A stretch of 32,000 nt of DNA from Candidatus Heimdallarchaeota archaeon. GTDB lineage: Archaea; Asgardarchaeota; Heimdallarchaeia; Heimdallarchaeales; Kariarchaeaceae. Position 1 is the stretch's first letter. Every line of letters begins with the position of its first letter. The notes beneath the pieces were generated by a model, which ran no database searches, was not told the origin of the DNA, and saw nothing but the letters and a program-made list of their open reading frames with translations. Made by a program: the position numbers and the translations under genes. The DNA is taken from the NCBI GenBank assembly GCA_030149205.1, contig JASBSB010000003.1:390001-422000 (forward strand). The letters run 5' to 3'. Shown here piece by piece: positions 28,173 to 32,000 of this stretch.

Positions 28173-29213
28173 ATGAAAGCAGCTTTAATTACAAAACATG
28201 GAGGATCAGAAGTTCTTGAGGTAAAGGAAGTTGATAAGCCCACAATCGAACCTGATGAGGTATTGATAAAGGTTTATTACAGTGCCTTAAATCGATTAGA
28301 TCTATTTGTCAGAAATGGGTCTCCAAATCTTAAAATACCTCTTCCTCATATCAGTGGTTCAGACTTTGTTGGGGAAGTTGTTGAATTAGGGGAGACTGTC
28401 AAAAATGTTATCTTAGGAGATGTAGTAGCAACAAACGCAGTAAACTTCTGTAATTCCTGTGATCAGTGTTTACGAGGAGAACACAGTCTCTGTGAAAATT
28501 TTTCAATGATAGGAGAACATAAATGGGGAGGTTTAGCAGAGTTTGTTAAAGTACCTTCAAGGAATGTTATTACCATCCCAAGAGGTATTGATTTAAAATC
28601 AGTTACTGCATTAGGATTAACCGGGCTAACTGCATGGAGAATGTTATCAACAAGAGCAAAACTAAGACCTGGGGAGATTGTGGTTATTCCAGGGGCAGCA
28701 GGTGGCTTATCTGTTGCAGGGATTCAAATTGCAAAGTTGTTTGGTGCTAAAGTCATTGCATTGACAAGTACTGTCGAGAAAGAAAAATTTGTAAAATCAG
28801 TTGGGGCAGACATCACACTGAATTACAAATCCCTCCCCAATTGGTCAAAAAAAATCAGAGAGCTTACGAATGGATCTGGAGCTGATGTGATCTTTGAATC
28901 TGTTGGAGAAGCAACATGGACAGAGAGCTTAAAATCACTGAAAAAAGGCGGAAGATTGGTCACAGCAGGTGCTACAACTGGATTTTCAGGTAAAACAAAT
29001 ATTGGAGCAATTTTTTGGTTTCAACAAAGCATACTAGGTTCAACTATGGGAAATATGAAAGAGTTTCAGGAGGTATTAGCTTTAATATTTTCAGGGAAAC
29101 TAACTGCATACATTGATAAGGAATATCCCTTGGATAAAATTAAAGAGGCAGAAGAGTATCTTGAATCCGGAAAACAAATGGGAAAAATTTTGATAAGCAT
29201 AAATCCAGAGTAA
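28173..29213 (+). CDS. Medium-chain dehydrogenase/reductase (Zn-ADH-like/quinone oxidoreductase type)
   Basis: Structural Zn site CNSCDQC-x7-C and nucleotide loop PGAAGG. The catalytic-Zn positions are non-canonical (ALNRLD, GSD instead of GHE). Confidence 0.93.
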   Translation: MKAALITKHGGSEVLEVKEVDKPTIEPDEVLIKVYYSALNRLDLFVRNGSPNLKIPLPHISGSDFVGEVVELGETVKNVILGDVVATNAVNFCNSCDQCLRGEHSLCENFSMIGEHKWGGLAEFVKVPSRNVITIPRGIDLKSVTALGLTGLTAWRMLSTRAKLRPGEIVVIPGAAGGLSVAGIQIAKLFGAKVIALTSTVEKEKFVKSVGADITLNYKSLPNWSKKIRELTNGSGADVIFESVGEATWTESLKSLKKGGRLVTAGATTGFSGKTNIGAIFWFQQSILGSTMGNMKEFQEVLALIFSGKLTAYIDKEYPLDKIKEAEEYLESGKQMGKILISINPE

Positions 29214-29319
29214 TTTTGTCGAATTTGAATAACTTTAGCATATTTTTGGTTTACGAGGATTAGTTATGAGTAAAATTTCTAATAAAATTTCTAAATAAAT
29301 CTCAGAATAAATTCAAGGT

Positions 29320-29652
29320 TTATCGATTCTTCCTTCGTTGACCTTTAGGTCTGAAAGATGATCTCATTGACCTTCTATCTCTTCTCTGTTTTTTAGGTCT
29401 AGGGACAACATAAACCTTGATTGGTAAATTTCCTACTATTGCTTTTTTAAAATTAACAGCTAAGTAAGGACTTTCAACAGAACCAAATGGAAGGTCAACT
29501 TCTCCAATTTTGGCATATTTTCCATGATTCTTAACGTATACCTTACTTCTCATTGGAGGGATAAACTCGGGTTTGTGAATTATGGCTTGATTGTTAACAG
29601 TATGTGAAACATTGCCTAAAGTCTTGTACTCAGTCTCTTTACCATCTATCAT
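29320..29652 (-). CDS. gar1: H/ACA RNP component Gar1/Naf1
   Basis: LGNVSH...IGEVDLPFGSVESPYLAV; ATGA overlap with srp19; conserved archaeal context. Confidence 0.85.
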   Translation of the reverse strand: MIDGKETEYKTLGNVSHTVNNQAIIHKPEFIPPMRSKVYVKNHGKYAKIGEVDLPFGSVESPYLAVNFKKAIVGNLPIKVYVVPRPKKQRRDRRSMRSSFRPKGQRRKNR

Positions 29653-30044
29653 GTTTTGCTCTTCACTTTCTTTCTCTTTTTAGCAGATTTGGTTCGCTGC
29701 CTTTTAGTGCCTTCCTCAGACTTATGATCCGGGATTATCTTTTTCTTAGGGACAAACCGCTTTGCCTTTTTTGCAATATCTTTGAGTAGTTTCTCCTTTG
29801 GTAATTTGTTATTTTTATCTATAGCAATGAGAATTCTACCATTGTGTTGAACCCAGTTTCCGGGGTAAGATTTTTCTTTCTCCACCTGAATTTCTAGTCC
29901 CAATGATTGACAAGCTTTAGAAAACCTGGCCAGTGCAATGTTTTCCATAGCAAGTGATTTGTTCACCCTCCTTCCATCACGTCTAGATCTATTTTTATCA
30001 AAGTATTCTGGATAAATAACTTGAAATTTTCTCCGACGTAACAT
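29649..30044 (-). CDS. srp19: Signal recognition particle protein SRP19
   Basis: IYPEYFDKNRSRRDGRRVNKSLA, KSYPGNW, KEKLLKDIA. Confidence 0.96.
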   Translation of the reverse strand: MLRRRKFQVIYPEYFDKNRSRRDGRRVNKSLAMENIALARFSKACQSLGLEIQVEKEKSYPGNWVQHNGRILIAIDKNNKLPKEKLLKDIAKKAKRFVPKKKIIPDHKSEEGTKRQRTKSAKKRKKVKSKT

Positions 30045-30057
30045 TTTATCAGTTCAC

Positions 30058-30447
30058 TTATTCAGAGGTTTCTAATAGTACACCATTGAGGACAGATACT
30101 TGACCTGGTCGACTTGTAACCCTTACTTCCCCTAACTCTGTCGATAAGATTGCACCTTTTGTAACTATTTTTCGCCTTGTAAAATCTCTCGAAGCTGGAT
30201 TCGTCTCAAGTCCAGAGACTTTCACCTTACTGGTTTTTTGAGTCTTAGGATCAAACACGTTGATATATTCAATTGAGAGGAGTTTATGTTTGATATTTCC
30301 ACCAAACGTTCTCACAACCTTTTTCTTTTTAGATCGAATGTGAGTTGCTACAGGATCTCTTCCTCTGAATCTTAAACGTTTCCCCATGCTCTTGTGCCTT
30401 AGTCCTCCACTGATTTTCCTTTTGCTTGGTCCTCGATATTGTACCAT
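30058..30447 (-). CDS. rps8e: 30S ribosomal protein S8e
   Basis: SKRKISGG, VRTFGGN, ETNPAS, IVTKGAIL.TELG...VTSRPGQ. Confidence 0.97.
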   Translation of the reverse strand: MVQYRGPSKRKISGGLRHKSMGKRLRFRGRDPVATHIRSKKKKVVRTFGGNIKHKLLSIEYINVFDPKTQKTSKVKVSGLETNPASRDFTRRKIVTKGAILSTELGEVRVTSRPGQVSVLNGVLLETSE

Positions 30448-30582
30448 GATTATCTACAAGCTATTTAGATGTTGTTTACATTTAAAAGAATCGAAACAGT
30501 ACAAAATTTGTCAAAGTATCAGCAATTTAATTTAAAATCTTGATTTTTTTTTAGTAGATTTAATAAGAAACAAATAAAGGAG

Positions 30583-30927
30583 CTAATTACCCCATAACTT
30601 TAGAATGGCATGTCCATAGTTGTAAATAAATATGATAAGTCCAGAAAGTACTGTTGACCAAATCATCCAACCATTTAATTTACTGACCCATGGTTTGTTC
30701 GCTAATTCAGGTTTGTACCCATAATAAAGTGTAATTGCGAAAAACACGATCAGCAACCATAATCCCTGTGTTGCCCAATGATGATATAATGGGGGCCAAG
30801 CTTTCATAAAATCAAAAAATGGGTGCACCAACTCCTTTATTGGGACAAGAATTCCATTTAACCAAACAGCAACTATATACGCTATTTCAGCACCAACAGT
30901 CCAAGAACTTAATGTAGATTTTTCCAT
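30583..30927 (-). CDS. Small three-TM membrane protein with HHW motif
   Basis: Hydrophobic segments with HPFF, YHHWAT and YGH. GAGGTGA (containing the upstream stop) lies 5 nt before ATG 30927, which is preferred over 30948. Confidence 0.75.
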   Translation of the reverse strand: MEKSTLSSWTVGAEIAYIVAVWLNGILVPIKELVHPFFDFMKAWPPLYHHWATQGLWLLIVFFAITLYYGYKPELANKPWVSKLNGWMIWSTVLSGLIIFIYNYGHAILKLWGN

Positions 30928-30937
30928 AATTTTCACC

Positions 30938-31395
30938 TCAATATCCATGCGCCAGTCTGAGTGTCATTGTTATGATAGCACCCATACCTTCCATAAGTAA
31001 ACCAACTACGAATATCATTAAAGCAGATGTCAGAGCAAATTTTCGAGCGGTTCTGTTGTTTACTAGATCTTCAGTAAATACAATAAATGGCAGTAGTAAT
31101 GAAGCCAAAACATAAAAGAAAAACCAGTGTTCTTTCACCTCAGTGAATATTGAATGTCCCCAGAAATAGGAACTTCCCTTAATAACATTCTTGTCTGGGC
31201 CATAGTAATAGATATAGAACCAGCCCGCAAAGAAGTAAGTCAACACCATTAAGGTGACGGTGAGAATTGTTGCCCATTTAATTCTATGCAAATTCTCTGG
31301 TGAAGCATCTCTGATTTCAATCGCTGCCCAAAGGCAAAAATCAGAGACAAAACACCTAACAAAGCGTGTGTTAGTATTAATAATGGATGTGTCAT
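30938..31395 (-). pseudogene. His-containing four-TM membrane protein interrupted by a single-base frameshift (true lesion or sequencing error)
   Basis: ATG 31395 with GGACGTGA upstream gives MTHPLLILTHALLGVLSLIF. A -1 shift at the T5 (31336-31340) or T3 (31330-31332) run joins it to WAAIEIRDASPENLHRIKWATIL..., the frame of the track's 30938-31291 ORF. Confidence 0.8.
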
Positions 31396-31917
31396 TGTTT
31401 CACGTCCTTAGTTACGTATTGTAACTAATCGAAATAATATACTAAATGAAGTATTTAAAGTTTTTTGGAAAGAACTAATTCACAATATAAAAAAAAAATA
31501 TCCATATAAAACTTAATATATTGAATAAAATAATGAAAATATAAATGATTTATGATAAATTCCATTATTTAGAATTATTTTAATATGGATTGATTATTTT
31601 TTGATTTAATCAAATATCACAATAATTCCAATATTTTTGCGAAATATCTCCAGAAAACTAATTACCAATTATTTTGAGAAATTTACTTGTTTAGAGTATA
31701 AATTGTTAATTATTCAGTATTTGTTAGATTTAAAAAAAGTTCAATTTATGTAGTAATATTAGTAATTTTCTTTTGGGAAAAATTCTTGATATTATAGTAA
31801 TAATATTTTTCAAACTTAAAAGGGAATTTCATAAGAATTTATTACTAGCTTACATATTGTATTAATACCTAATAGTTAAATTTGATATTTTAATGGGTGA
31901 AATATTAAGTGATACTT

Positions 31918-32000
31918 ATGGTTGATGTAGGATTATTTATCTGGTTACCAATAGTGATTACAATTATTGCTATAATCTATGCCTTTTGGCTTCGAAGTAA
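31918..32000 (+). CDS. Start of a membrane-anchored protein, 3'-partial
   Basis: GTGAT upstream, then ATG: MVDVGLFIWLPIVITIIAIIYAFWLRS running off the window. Confidence 0.5.
   Translation, partial: MVDVGLFIWLPIVITIIAIIYAFWLRS

Noticed and set aside
28173-29213. Dehydrogenase lacking the catalytic Zn ligands
   Set aside because: Keeping only the structural Zn is a known state in quinone-reductase-like MDR subfamilies and is not novel.
1449-29789. Many 60-135 aa antisense or alternate-frame ORFs in the track (e.g. 1449-1673, 8443-8850, 14192-14524, 17766-18098, 26339-26599)
   Set aside because: They lie within well-supported genes and show no independent motifs; they are shadow ORFs.
1-32000. 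CRISPR arrays, tRNA/rRNA genes, IS elements or integrases
   Set aside because: No regularly spaced repeats, cloverleaf or rRNA-like GC-rich blocks, terminal inverted repeats or transposase/recombinase motifs were found by eye. Small C/D or H/ACA guide RNAs cannot be excluded without a covariance search.

Overview
Archaeal chromosomal window. The rps8e-srp19-gar1 cluster and GGTGA-type Shine-Dalgarno motifs support this; an Asgard/Heimdallarchaeia-like origin is inferred only. Housekeeping and metabolic genes include cysS, several GNATs, GrpB, a heterodimeric ABC exporter, an S10 carboxypeptidase, a GT2, an MFS transporter and an MDR dehydrogenase. Four loci stand out. (1) A translationally coupled four-gene operon, vWA -> Ser/Thr kinase -> PP2C phosphatase with a very long disordered N-terminal arm -> orphan Cys/His-motif protein (22158-26925, minus strand), which looks like a rearranged TerY-P/YegLKI-type triad with an extra unrecognised gene. 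(2) An SDR plus QueA-like paralog operon divergent from a SufR-like three-Cys regulator, with a perfect 12-bp inverted repeat between them. (3) A decayed tandem duplication of an ABC-GNAT unit (about 9177-14573). The first GNAT copy is a split pseudogene interrupted by a low-GC orphan membrane gene, and the second ABC copy is cut down to its 3' end behind another low-GC orphan gene. (4) A pair of His-rich membrane proteins, the first broken by a single-base frameshift. No tRNA, rRNA, CRISPR array or transposase was recognised.
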